Assembly (NCBI GenBank): GCA_002841765.1
Contig: PHAV01000004.1
Location: forward strand, 59,075-123,074
DNA from: Deltaproteobacteria bacterium HGW-Deltaproteobacteria-4
GTDB taxonomy: Bacteria > Desulfobacterota > Desulfuromonadia > Desulfuromonadales > UBA2197
Direction: 5' to 3'
DNA length: 64,000 bases
Part shown: piece after piece, positions 51,534 to 59,882 of the stretch
How positions within the stretch are numbered: the first letter of the stretch is position 1
Layout of the letters: the number at the start of each line of letters is the position of its first letter
The notes under the pieces: generated by a model
Databases searched by the model: none
What the model was told of the DNA's origin: nothing
What the model saw: the letters and a program-made list of their open reading frames with translations, nothing else
Program-made: the position numbers and the translations under genes

Positions 51534-52032
51534 ATGATTTCAATGCAGCGCGACAATCATCCCGCCGATAGGCCTTGACAGCCTGCTCAAACAGTTTCTG
51601 CCCGGCTGTGGCGTTAGCGGCAAGTGCCGCACGGTGTTTATTAGTTGATGGCTTAGCGGCAACCGACTTTTTATGTACTTTTTTGCCACCATACAACGGC
51701 GCCTTAGCGTCAGGACGCGGTATTCTCTTTTGTGCAACCGGTACCTTGAACACATCCCCGGGATAAATCTTGTTGGGATTCTTGATGTCGTTAAAGAGTA
51801 AAATCTGGGGGTAATAAGAACCGTATCCGCTGAATCTGCGCGAGATTTTGTAGAGGGTATCTCCCTTTTTTACCGCCACCTCCTGAACCAGAATGGCATC
51901 CTTGCTCTGCGTGGTACTCCCGGACGCCACCACTGCTGCGGGAGAATAGAGATACTGCTGTTGACTCCATCCTGATGGCACATCCACAAATAGGAGTGTC
52001 GCCATAACCATTACAAATACATATCGCATCAT
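51436..52032 (-). CDS. Secreted LysM-domain protein with TPR-like C-terminus
   Basis: Signal peptide MMRYVFVMVMATLLFVDVPSGWS. LysM (VKKGDTLYKISRRFSGYGSYYPQILLFNDIKNPNKIYPGDVFKVP). TPR-like end (GQKLFEQAVKAYRRDDCRAALKSFDLFL...). The start is 2 nt after the upstream stop. Confidence 0.8.
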   Translation of the reverse strand: MMRYVFVMVMATLLFVDVPSGWSQQQYLYSPAAVVASGSTTQSKDAILVQEVAVKKGDTLYKISRRFSGYGSYYPQILLFNDIKNPNKIYPGDVFKVPVAQKRIPRPDAKAPLYGGKKVHKKSVAAKPSTNKHRAALAANATAGQKLFEQAVKAYRRDDCRAALKSFDLFLTKNQSSPLAPDASLYKADCYLRLSNQN

Positions 52033-52033
52033 G

Positions 52034-54373
52034 TCAGTACCTGTTCCCGATTTGATCTTCATATGTCAGAATGTTTTTAATCTGAATATTGGTCCCCATC
52101 CCGGTCCCCGGCTTCACCCGGAACGAGACCTTGATCACACGCTTCTCTCCAGCACCCAATTCACTGAATTCCCAGAGAAGTGTGCCGTCGTCGGCCGAAT
52201 TGGTTGCCGGGTCGGTTGCAACCAACTCAAGCTGTTCCGGCCAGACACTCTTCAGCTCGACAATCCGTGCCAGATTAGATCCACGGTTGGTGATGGTCAG
52301 ATCCGTTGATACAACTTCACCCGGCAAGAGTTTGCCGTCACGACCGCTCATGGCCATCTCTAGAATCGGTCGCGAATAGACCAGACGGGTAACACCGGCA
52401 AAGGAGCGAGCAGGCTCTCCCTCGGAAAGGAACGTAATCTGGGCGTTCTCTTCCGAACCGTCACTGGCTTCACGGGGAGTCTTAATCTCCATGACAATGC
52501 TGGCTTCCTCTTTAGCTGCCAGTGGACCGATCTCTGTGATGACCGGTTCATTGGCCTGCCTGATGCCATCATGGTTAAGATCATGGAAGATTGTTACGGC
52601 CTGCCGGGCATCCCCGCCAGGGACAATGCTGAACTTTTCGCGCACGTTACCGCTGTTAGTCACCACAAATGGCACCGATACCGTCTGGCCGGGGATCACC
52701 ACCAGTCGTTCAGAACCGGTGTGAACCTGAAGCCCGTGTTGCGGTTGAACATAGATAGCAGAAGAGACAATAACGGTTGTCGTTTTCAAAAGGTTGTTGT
52801 GCAACTCGGCCCTGGTCAAGATCTCCTGACCGGCCAATGAGTCCTCCTTGAGCTGAAAGGTCAGATTGAATTCCCGACTTTCACCGGACTTGAGCTGCAC
52901 GCCATCCATCACAAGTGCTGCTTTCATTTCCTGACGGAAACCATTTTTTTCATAGTCGATCGGCTCCAGTTGGGGCGGGAAGTTCAGCCGGAAAGTGACA
53001 TTGCCAGCCCCGGCTGAGCCGATATTCATAATTGTTACTTTATAAGTAATCTTCGCACCAGGCAGCAGGTCGCTGTGATCTGCCTTAACGGTCGCACGTA
53101 GCAGTGGAGCCGAAGCGATGACTTTCACCTCGCGAGATTGTGAAGCCTCACTCACTGTCCGTGAGGCGGCCTTGACCGGGTAAGAAAAGCGCAGGCCGTC
53201 GATACTGGTTGCGGGGATCGTCAGATGGATGAGGCCTTTAAAGGATTCACCGGGGGCCAGCAGGCTGGTCTGATTAATGGCTTGGGCAGGGGATGCGGCA
53301 GAAGAGAATTCTGTTGAAAAGTTAACCGGGAAACCGGATTCCAGATAGAAAGAGTCGCTGCCATTGCCCTGGTTGATGATTTCAAAGGGGAGGCTGACTC
53401 GTTGAGCAACATTGAAGGACTGTGCCTGGGGTGGCAGGTTGAACTCAATTCCTGCCAACTGGGCAACTTCGAGACGCAGTATCTGGGATGTTTCTGAGGG
53501 AGGGTCTGCGACAGCAGTCCGTTGAGGCAGAGCAAATGCTACCCCCAGTTCTTTCAGTTTGACGGCGGCAGTCTCCGCCGCCTTGCTGTTTGGATAGTCG
53601 ACAAGTATCGACTTATATTGTGCAATCGCCTTCTCGCGCAGATCAGACTTGGCATTGCGGGTCTTTTCTTCAGACGCCTGCTGTGTTGCTTGGCGCTGCT
53701 TATCTGCCAAGGTGGGGGCCTGCTTGTCAACCTCAGTCATGCCAGCGTTTTTCATTGTCTGCAATTGCAGGCGATCCTGCGTGGCAGACTCCCTTGGGCG
53801 CGCCTCGGCGACAACGGTGTGCGTCAGTTCGGCCTTTTCAGCCGCTGCGCGTTCTTCTGTCATGCTGGAAGTTTCAAGGCGTTTGATTATACCGGCGGGG
53901 AAGGGCCTTTGTTCTTTACCTATGTCAGTTGTGCCAACAAGCTGAGGCGCGGCACCATCGGCTGTTGTCGGCAAGCCGGTCGGCAATTCTTCGCCTTGAT
54001 CATAACGGGCGGTCAGTGCAAGCAGTTCCTCATCGACTGTTGCCTTGATCGGGTTATCGGGATATTCCTTCAAAAACTGGGACATGACCCTGGCGGCATC
54101 CTGTTGGTTGCCGTTCTTGTAATAGGCGTTGGAAAGCCAGAACAGCACCATGTCACGCAAGGGCGTATCAGGGGCCTTTTGCAAGACCTCGTTCATTTTG
54201 AGAATAGCGACAGGATAGTTTTTCTGAAGGCTGGCGTTGAACCCTGAAATGAAAATCAAGCCATGTGAGTCTTCCGCATCCAGGCTGTAGGCAGGAAGAT
54301 TAGGAGTTGAAGAAATTATAGCCAGTACGATAACTAACCTGATCAGGGTATTACGGCATAATTTCAGAGACAT
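52034..54373 (-). CDS. Secreted TPR + multi-DUF11/CARDB-like repeat protein (~780 aa)
   Basis: Signal peptide MSLKLCRNTLIRLVIVLAIISS. TPR-like N-terminus (KNYPVAILKMNEVLQKAPDTPLRDMVLFWLSNAYYKNGNQQDA...). A Gln/Ala/Glu-rich linker. At least 4 beta-sandwich repeats (LLPGAKITYKVTIMNIGSAGAGNVTFRLNFPPQLEPI; LLPGEVVSTDLTITNRGSNLARIVELKSVWPEQLELV). Start 54373 or 54391. Confidence 0.8.
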   Translation of the reverse strand: MSLKLCRNTLIRLVIVLAIISSTPNLPAYSLDAEDSHGLIFISGFNASLQKNYPVAILKMNEVLQKAPDTPLRDMVLFWLSNAYYKNGNQQDAARVMSQFLKEYPDNPIKATVDEELLALTARYDQGEELPTGLPTTADGAAPQLVGTTDIGKEQRPFPAGIIKRLETSSMTEERAAAEKAELTHTVVAEARPRESATQDRLQLQTMKNAGMTEVDKQAPTLADKQRQATQQASEEKTRNAKSDLREKAIAQYKSILVDYPNSKAAETAAVKLKELGVAFALPQRTAVADPPSETSQILRLEVAQLAGIEFNLPPQAQSFNVAQRVSLPFEIINQGNGSDSFYLESGFPVNFSTEFSSAASPAQAINQTSLLAPGESFKGLIHLTIPATSIDGLRFSYPVKAASRTVSEASQSREVKVIASAPLLRATVKADHSDLLPGAKITYKVTIMNIGSAGAGNVTFRLNFPPQLEPIDYEKNGFRQEMKAALVMDGVQLKSGESREFNLTFQLKEDSLAGQEILTRAELHNNLLKTTTVIVSSAIYVQPQHGLQVHTGSERLVVIPGQTVSVPFVVTNSGNVREKFSIVPGGDARQAVTIFHDLNHDGIRQANEPVITEIGPLAAKEEASIVMEIKTPREASDGSEENAQITFLSEGEPARSFAGVTRLVYSRPILEMAMSGRDGKLLPGEVVSTDLTITNRGSNLARIVELKSVWPEQLELVATDPATNSADDGTLLWEFSELGAGEKRVIKVSFRVKPGTGMGTNIQIKNILTYEDQIGNRY

Positions 54374-54703
54374 CACGATAAACAACCTCATTCTTGGCCG
54401 GTACGTAAAGAAACACACGGAGGGCGGAGAAATATTTAGATAAATAGATCGTTTTGATAGCAACTCTCCGCATCCTTGTCAAGATGAAAAAGAACATATG
54501 AAAAAGGATAGTGGGCAGCGGGTGAAGAGCGTGCAAGTTGAAAAGTTATTTGGGAAATCATGTTACTCAGTGAGTACTTTGCAAAGTAGGTGCGCTGCCA
54601 TTTTTTTTATCATACCATTAAAAAAGTGCATTTTATTTATGCATTATCCTGAAATGTCGATTGTTTTTTCATTAAATTAACCTCTGGCTGTTACTATTTT
54701 ATT

Positions 54704-54718
54704 TGGCATGAAATTTGT
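54704..54718 (+). promoter_or_regulatory. Candidate sigma54 (-24/-12) promoter upstream of the glutamate synthase genes: TGGCAT-N5-TTGT
   Basis: TGGCATGAAATTTGT lies ~50 nt upstream of ATG 54770. The -24 GG is good but the -12 element is GT rather than GC. Confidence 0.3.
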
Positions 54719-54769
54719 TATTAAATGACATCAGGTAAGCGTTGTCACTCCAAAGCGGAGGTTAAAACT

Positions 54770-55876
54770 ATGTGTCGAATCGGCGCCATCAAAAGTCGTA
54801 ATTACGTTCATCCCAGCCTCGCCCTGCTTCTCATGCAATCCCAACAAAAAGGGCACGACAATTCGGGCTTCGCCATGGTCATGCAAGACCTCGGTGGCCT
54901 CTTCGAAGGGTACAAGCATCTCCCGACCCTCTCCATGGCCTGTACTGACGAAGGGCTGAAGCTCGCCGAGGATATTCTGCACGCGGCCGGCTTCAACCGG
55001 GTGTTGCAGTGGGTCCCCGAAACCAACAATCTTCCCGGTCTCGATATTATCGCCATGCCTAACTATGTCTTCGAGACCTTTCAATATCCGAAAAATTACC
55101 GGTCTGCACCGCAGAAGGAGAAGGAAGAGCTCCTTCTGGAGATGCGTCTTAAGCTGCGTGAGGCACTGGAAGAGGATGAAGAAGGTTTTGTCTATTCCTT
55201 CTGGCCCGATGTCATCACTCTCAAGGAGATCGGCAACCCCAAGGATATCGGCACCTATTTCAACCTTTGGGAGCCGGATAACAGGTTCACCGCCAAGGTT
55301 ATTACCGCCCAGTGCCGGCAGAATACCAATTACGACATTGTTCGTTATGCCGCGCACCCCTTCTTTCTACAGGGGTATACCGCTCTGGCGAATGGAGAAA
55401 ATACCTTTTATCAAAAGAATAAAGAGTTTCAAGCCAAGCTGCATTACGGCTACATCGGTTTTGAGTCGGACTCCCAGTGTTTCCTTTACACTATGCACTA
55501 TATTCACCGGGTTCTCGGTTGGCCCCTCAATTATTACAAGCATGTCATCACTCCCCTCCCGTTTGAGGAGTTGAGTACCCGCAATGACAGCGACGTCCTC
55601 CTCGCGATTCGGCAGTCGTTGGCCCATCTGGAGATCAACGGCCCTAACACGATTATTGGTGTCCTTCCCGACAGCACTCTCTTTACCTGCTGTGATGCCA
55701 AGAAGTTGCGCCCCATCGTCATTGGTCGTTCCGATGAGATGGTTGTCTTTTCGTCCGAGGTCTGCGGCATCAATGAACTCCTTCCCGATCGCAATTGGGA
55801 GGATGATATCTATCCCCATGAGCGCGAAATGATCACGATCGATGCTAATCTGGAGGTGCAGAGATGGAAACAGTAA
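54770..55876 (+). CDS. Class II glutamine amidotransferase subunit of a split (archaeal-type) glutamate synthase
   Basis: The mature N-terminal Cys (MCRIGAIKS) is typical of Ntn class II amidotransferases. GGAGG lies before ATG 54770. FMN and GXGXG subunits follow. Confidence 0.8.
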   Translation: MCRIGAIKSRNYVHPSLALLLMQSQQKGHDNSGFAMVMQDLGGLFEGYKHLPTLSMACTDEGLKLAEDILHAAGFNRVLQWVPETNNLPGLDIIAMPNYVFETFQYPKNYRSAPQKEKEELLLEMRLKLREALEEDEEGFVYSFWPDVITLKEIGNPKDIGTYFNLWEPDNRFTAKVITAQCRQNTNYDIVRYAAHPFFLQGYTALANGENTFYQKNKEFQAKLHYGYIGFESDSQCFLYTMHYIHRVLGWPLNYYKHVITPLPFEELSTRNDSDVLLAIRQSLAHLEINGPNTIIGVLPDSTLFTCCDAKKLRPIVIGRSDEMVVFSSEVCGINELLPDRNWEDDIYPHEREMITIDANLEVQRWKQ

Positions 55877-57507
55877 AAGTCCAGGATCTGACCGCCAACG
55901 ACCTCCCCTGGAAGATCCGTTACGACGCTAGTCGCTGCACTCTTTGCGGTTCCTGTGTCGCCACCTGTTCTTTTCGCGCCATTGAAGCCAAGGTCGAGCG
56001 CCGGCGCATGGTCTTTTCCGAAGGGGACTTCCCTGATCCGCAGCAGCGTTTCTCGGCGGTTCCGGTCATCCGTCAGATCAGTACCCTCGTCAGTCACTGT
56101 CGGGGTTGTGGCGCCTGTGAAAAGGTCTGTCCCAACGATGCGATCGGTCCGGTGCGAAATATCGACAATCGCCTGCCGATCGTCACTCGCTGCCTCTCTG
56201 GCGATTCGATCAAGCGAGGCGGTCGAAAGAATCTCGAATCGACGGTACGGACCCTTGACAAGATGCGCGTCGGTCGAATTTCCCAGATGACTGACCCCAG
56301 TCTCGACGCCCAACGTCACACCTTTGATCTCCTTGCTCCCTTTGGCCGGATTCTCCCGGCCGGGAAACTTCCGTTTCACCTCGGTACTGACGGCGAACTT
56401 GTCAAGGATGGTCAGGCACCGCCGGTCCGCTGGATCTATCCGGTCGTCATTGGCGACATGTCGATCGGCGCCCTTTCCTGGCGGATGTGGGAAGCGATCG
56501 CTATGGCCGTCGCCTACCTCAATGAAGAGTGCGGCTTGCCGGTGCGGATGTGTACCGGGGAAGGAGGGGTCCCGGTTCGTCTCCTCAAGAGCAAATACCT
56601 CAAATACATGATTCTGCAGATCGCTTCCGGCCACTTCGGCTGGAACCGTATTGCCAACACCCTGCCGCACATGGTTGAAGATCCTTGCGGCATCATTATC
56701 AAAATCGGTCAGGGGGCGAAGCCGGGGGATGGGGGCTTGCTTATGGCGCAGAAGGTGGCGGATCATATTCAAGCGATTCGCGGCGTTCCCAAGGCGGATC
56801 TCTTGTCGCCCCCCAACCATCAGGGTCTCTACTCCATTGAAGAGAGCGTCCAGAAGATGTTCCTCTCGATGAATGCCGCATTTAAGTTTCGGGTGCCGGT
56901 GGCGATCAAGGTGGCGGCTTCGGCAACGTCGGTTTCGGTCTTTAACAATCTTGTGCGTGACCCTTACAACATCGTCGGCGGCTTCTTCCTCGACGGCGTC
57001 GACGGCGGGACCGGCGCAGCCCACGAGGTCTCCCTCGACCATACCGGTCATCCCATCGTCTCGAAGTTGCGGGATTGTTACCTTGCCGCTGTGACTCAGG
57101 GACGCCAGGAGCAGATCCCTCTCTGGGCTGCCGGCGGTCTCGGTCGCACCGGTGATCTTGCCGCTGACGCTTTCAAGATGATGTGTCTTGGCGCCAATGG
57201 CGTCTTTGCCGGCAAGTTGATCTTGCAGATGGCAGGGTGTATCGGCAACGAGATGGGGCGCTGTAATGCTTGCAACACTGGCCTCTGTCCGGTCGGGATT
57301 ACCACTCAGAACCCGACGCTGGTGCGGCGCCTCGATCCGGAAAAAGCGGCACAGAATATCGTCAACTACTACCTGGCGATGGATCAGGAGTTGAAGAAGT
57401 TGATGGCGCCGATCGGCAATTCGTCGCTGCCGATCGGACGTTCTGATGCGCTGATCACCACTGATCGAGCCGTGGCCGAGCGTCTGAAAATCCAATATGT
57501 CTGTTAA
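55864..57507 (+). CDS. Glutamate synthase FMN-binding (GltB central/TIM barrel) subunit with N-terminal 2x[4Fe-4S] ferredoxin
   Basis: CTLCGSCVATCSF and CRGCGACEKVCPN clusters. GltS FMN-domain motifs (IKIGQGAKPGDGGLL, LSPPNHQGLYSIEE, GLGRTGDLAADAFKMMCLGANGV). Confidence 0.85.
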   Translation: METVKVQDLTANDLPWKIRYDASRCTLCGSCVATCSFRAIEAKVERRRMVFSEGDFPDPQQRFSAVPVIRQISTLVSHCRGCGACEKVCPNDAIGPVRNIDNRLPIVTRCLSGDSIKRGGRKNLESTVRTLDKMRVGRISQMTDPSLDAQRHTFDLLAPFGRILPAGKLPFHLGTDGELVKDGQAPPVRWIYPVVIGDMSIGALSWRMWEAIAMAVAYLNEECGLPVRMCTGEGGVPVRLLKSKYLKYMILQIASGHFGWNRIANTLPHMVEDPCGIIIKIGQGAKPGDGGLLMAQKVADHIQAIRGVPKADLLSPPNHQGLYSIEESVQKMFLSMNAAFKFRVPVAIKVAASATSVSVFNNLVRDPYNIVGGFFLDGVDGGTGAAHEVSLDHTGHPIVSKLRDCYLAAVTQGRQEQIPLWAAGGLGRTGDLAADAFKMMCLGANGVFAGKLILQMAGCIGNEMGRCNACNTGLCPVGITTQNPTLVRRLDPEKAAQNIVNYYLAMDQELKKLMAPIGNSSLPIGRSDALITTDRAVAERLKIQYVC

Positions 57508-57520
57508 CGGGAGGAAGATA

Positions 57521-59833
57521 ATGCCCGCTCTAATTAATGGTTTTGACCATAACAAGAAAAGAATTTCGACTCAGGAACTCCTCGAACAGATCTATCAGGG
57601 GTTAGACGCCGGCGAGACCGAGTTCGAGGTCCTCTCCTCCGGTCATCATGACATCGGCGGGCCCCTGTGGTCGACAGATGGGCAAACTCTGCGCTTCAAG
57701 GTGAAAAATCCCGGGCAGCGGGTTGGTTCCTTTGGCCTCGCCGGAACCGAGATCATCGTCGAGGGATCTGCACCGGCGGATGCCGGTTGGCTCAACTCCG
57801 GTGCGATCCTGACCGTGCGCGGCGATGGTGGTGATACCACGGCGCATTGTGCGGCCGGCGGGAAAATCTATATCGGCGGCCGCGTCGGTACCCGTTCCGG
57901 TTCATTAATGAAGCATGACCCGGCTTTCCCTGCCCCGGAATTCTGGGTGCTGAAGAATACCGGTTCCTTCTCCTTCGAGTTCATGGGGGGCGGCACCGCG
58001 GTTATCTGTGGACTCGGTTGCGAGGATCTCGATTCCATCCTTGGTGACCGTTCCTGTATTGGTATGGTCGGTGGGACGATCTATGTGCGTGGTCCGGTGC
58101 AGGGGATTCCCGACGATGTCTGGCTTCTGGATCTCGACGAAGGCGATTGTGAATTCCTTCGTAACGGTCTGCAGACCTTCCTGCAACAGATTGAACGTCC
58201 GCAGCATCTCGCGACTCTGTCTGACTTCTCCGTCTGGCGCAAGATCGTCGCCAAGACCCTGGAGGAGCGCAAGCACATTCACCGCGTGACCATGCGTGAA
58301 TTCCGTCTCAATAAATGGGTCGAAGGCGGGATTTTCGGTGATATTCTTGATGACGATTATGCCCGGGTGAGTGGTCTGGTCGGCATTGGTGAGGATCGTC
58401 TCAAGATTCCGCACTGGCAGGACAAGCGTTATGGCGCCCCCTGTCAGACCTCCTGCCCGAGCGGTATTCCGACCCAGGATCGCATTAATCTGCTGCGCGC
58501 CGGAAAGACTCAGGAAGCCCTGGAATTTGTGCTGCGCTACTCACCTTTCCCCGGTTCGGTCTGCGGCGAAGTCTGTCCGAATCTGTGCATGGATGCCTGT
58601 ACCCGTCGTTTTATCGACCATCCCGTCGCCATGAAGGAGCTTGGGCGCCTCTCCATCGATGCTGTCGCCCCAGCCATTAAAGAAGCGACCGGCAAGTCGG
58701 TGGCAGTCATCGGCGGTGGTCCCGGCGGTCTCTCGGCGGCGTGGCAACTGCGTCTGGCCGGGCATGCTGTCACCGTTTATGAGTCCGATGTCGAAGTCGG
58801 CGGTAAATTGCGTCAGGTCATCCCCACCGAGCGTCTCCCCGCGGAAATCCTCAGTTCGGAGATAAAGCGGATCAAGCAGAGCGGCATTACCGTCAAGACC
58901 TCGACCAAGGTCGATGCGCCGCTCTTTGCACAAATTCGTCAGGAGCATCATGCAGTTGTTATTGCCAGTGGTGCCCATAATCCGGTGATCATCCCCTTTA
59001 GCGGCCATGAGCGCTTGGTGAAAGGCCTTGATTTTCTCAAGGCAATCAACAACGGCCAGCGTCCGGTCATTGGTGAACGGGTTGTCGTCCTCGGCGCTGG
59101 CAACGCCGGCATGGATGTCTGTCTCGGTGCCTACGCCATGGGCGCTAAACAGGTCACTTCTATCGATATCCAGCGTCCGGCGGCGTATCGTCATGAAATC
59201 GACCGCGTCGAATACCTCGGCGGCAAAATTATCTGGCCCTTCTTTACGGCCAAGGTCGATGAAAAAGGGGTGCATGGCAAGGACGGCCGCCTGCTTGAAG
59301 CTGATACCGTTATCATCGCCGTTGGTGAGCGTCCGGATCTTTCCTATGTGCCGCGGGAGATCTTGAATGACAAGGGGATGGTTGATGTTGACAGCTGCAA
59401 TCAGTCAATCAAGATGCCGGGGGTCTTTGCCATCGGTGATTCGATCAAACCCGGCCTGCTCACTCATGCCATTGGTGACGGAGCAGATGTGGCGCGCTAT
59501 ATTGATGATTTTATTAGCGGTAAAGAGCTTCAGTCGATCATCAAGCCGCAATTGATTCCGCAGAGTTGTTTGTCAAAGGAGCTCTTCCGCCCGCGCAACC
59601 GTGGTCGGCATCGCCCCGGCGATCCCAAGGATGAGACCAATCGTTGTCTGTCCTGCGGTACCTGTCGCGACTGTAAAATGTGTCTGGAGGCCTGCCCGGA
59701 AGGAGCGATCCGCCGCGTCGAACTCCCTAACGGCAAGTTCGAGTACGTCTCCGATGCTGAGTATTGCATCGGTTGCAGCATCTGTGCAGGGATCTGTCCC
59801 TGCGGGATCTGGGCAATGGAGGTTTTGGTTTAA
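57521..59833 (+). CDS. GXGXG-motif (GltB C-terminal) domain fused to GltD-like NAD(P)H-dependent FAD oxidoreductase and C-terminal ferredoxin
   Basis: GDGGDTTAHCAAGGKIYIGGRVGTRSG repeat region, the CPxxC...C GltD Fe-S region, Rossmann motifs VAVIGGGPGGLSAA and VVVLGAGNAGMD, and terminal CLSCGTCRDCKMC / CIGCSICAGICP. GGGAGGAAG lies before ATG 57521. Confidence 0.85.
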   Translation: MPALINGFDHNKKRISTQELLEQIYQGLDAGETEFEVLSSGHHDIGGPLWSTDGQTLRFKVKNPGQRVGSFGLAGTEIIVEGSAPADAGWLNSGAILTVRGDGGDTTAHCAAGGKIYIGGRVGTRSGSLMKHDPAFPAPEFWVLKNTGSFSFEFMGGGTAVICGLGCEDLDSILGDRSCIGMVGGTIYVRGPVQGIPDDVWLLDLDEGDCEFLRNGLQTFLQQIERPQHLATLSDFSVWRKIVAKTLEERKHIHRVTMREFRLNKWVEGGIFGDILDDDYARVSGLVGIGEDRLKIPHWQDKRYGAPCQTSCPSGIPTQDRINLLRAGKTQEALEFVLRYSPFPGSVCGEVCPNLCMDACTRRFIDHPVAMKELGRLSIDAVAPAIKEATGKSVAVIGGGPGGLSAAWQLRLAGHAVTVYESDVEVGGKLRQVIPTERLPAEILSSEIKRIKQSGITVKTSTKVDAPLFAQIRQEHHAVVIASGAHNPVIIPFSGHERLVKGLDFLKAINNGQRPVIGERVVVLGAGNAGMDVCLGAYAMGAKQVTSIDIQRPAAYRHEIDRVEYLGGKIIWPFFTAKVDEKGVHGKDGRLLEADTVIIAVGERPDLSYVPREILNDKGMVDVDSCNQSIKMPGVFAIGDSIKPGLLTHAIGDGADVARYIDDFISGKELQSIIKPQLIPQSCLSKELFRPRNRGRHRPGDPKDETNRCLSCGTCRDCKMCLEACPEGAIRRVELPNGKFEYVSDAEYCIGCSICAGICPCGIWAMEVLV

Positions 59834-59844
59834 AAGATGAACGG

Positions 59845-59877
59845 ATCGGGCGACGCTTGCGTCGCCCGATTTATTTT
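59845..59877. terminator. Intrinsic terminator between convergent glutamate synthase and SNF2 genes
   Basis: ATCGGGCGACG-CTTG-CGTCGCCCGAT followed by TTATTTT. Confidence 0.8.
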
Positions 59878-59882
59878 CAGCG

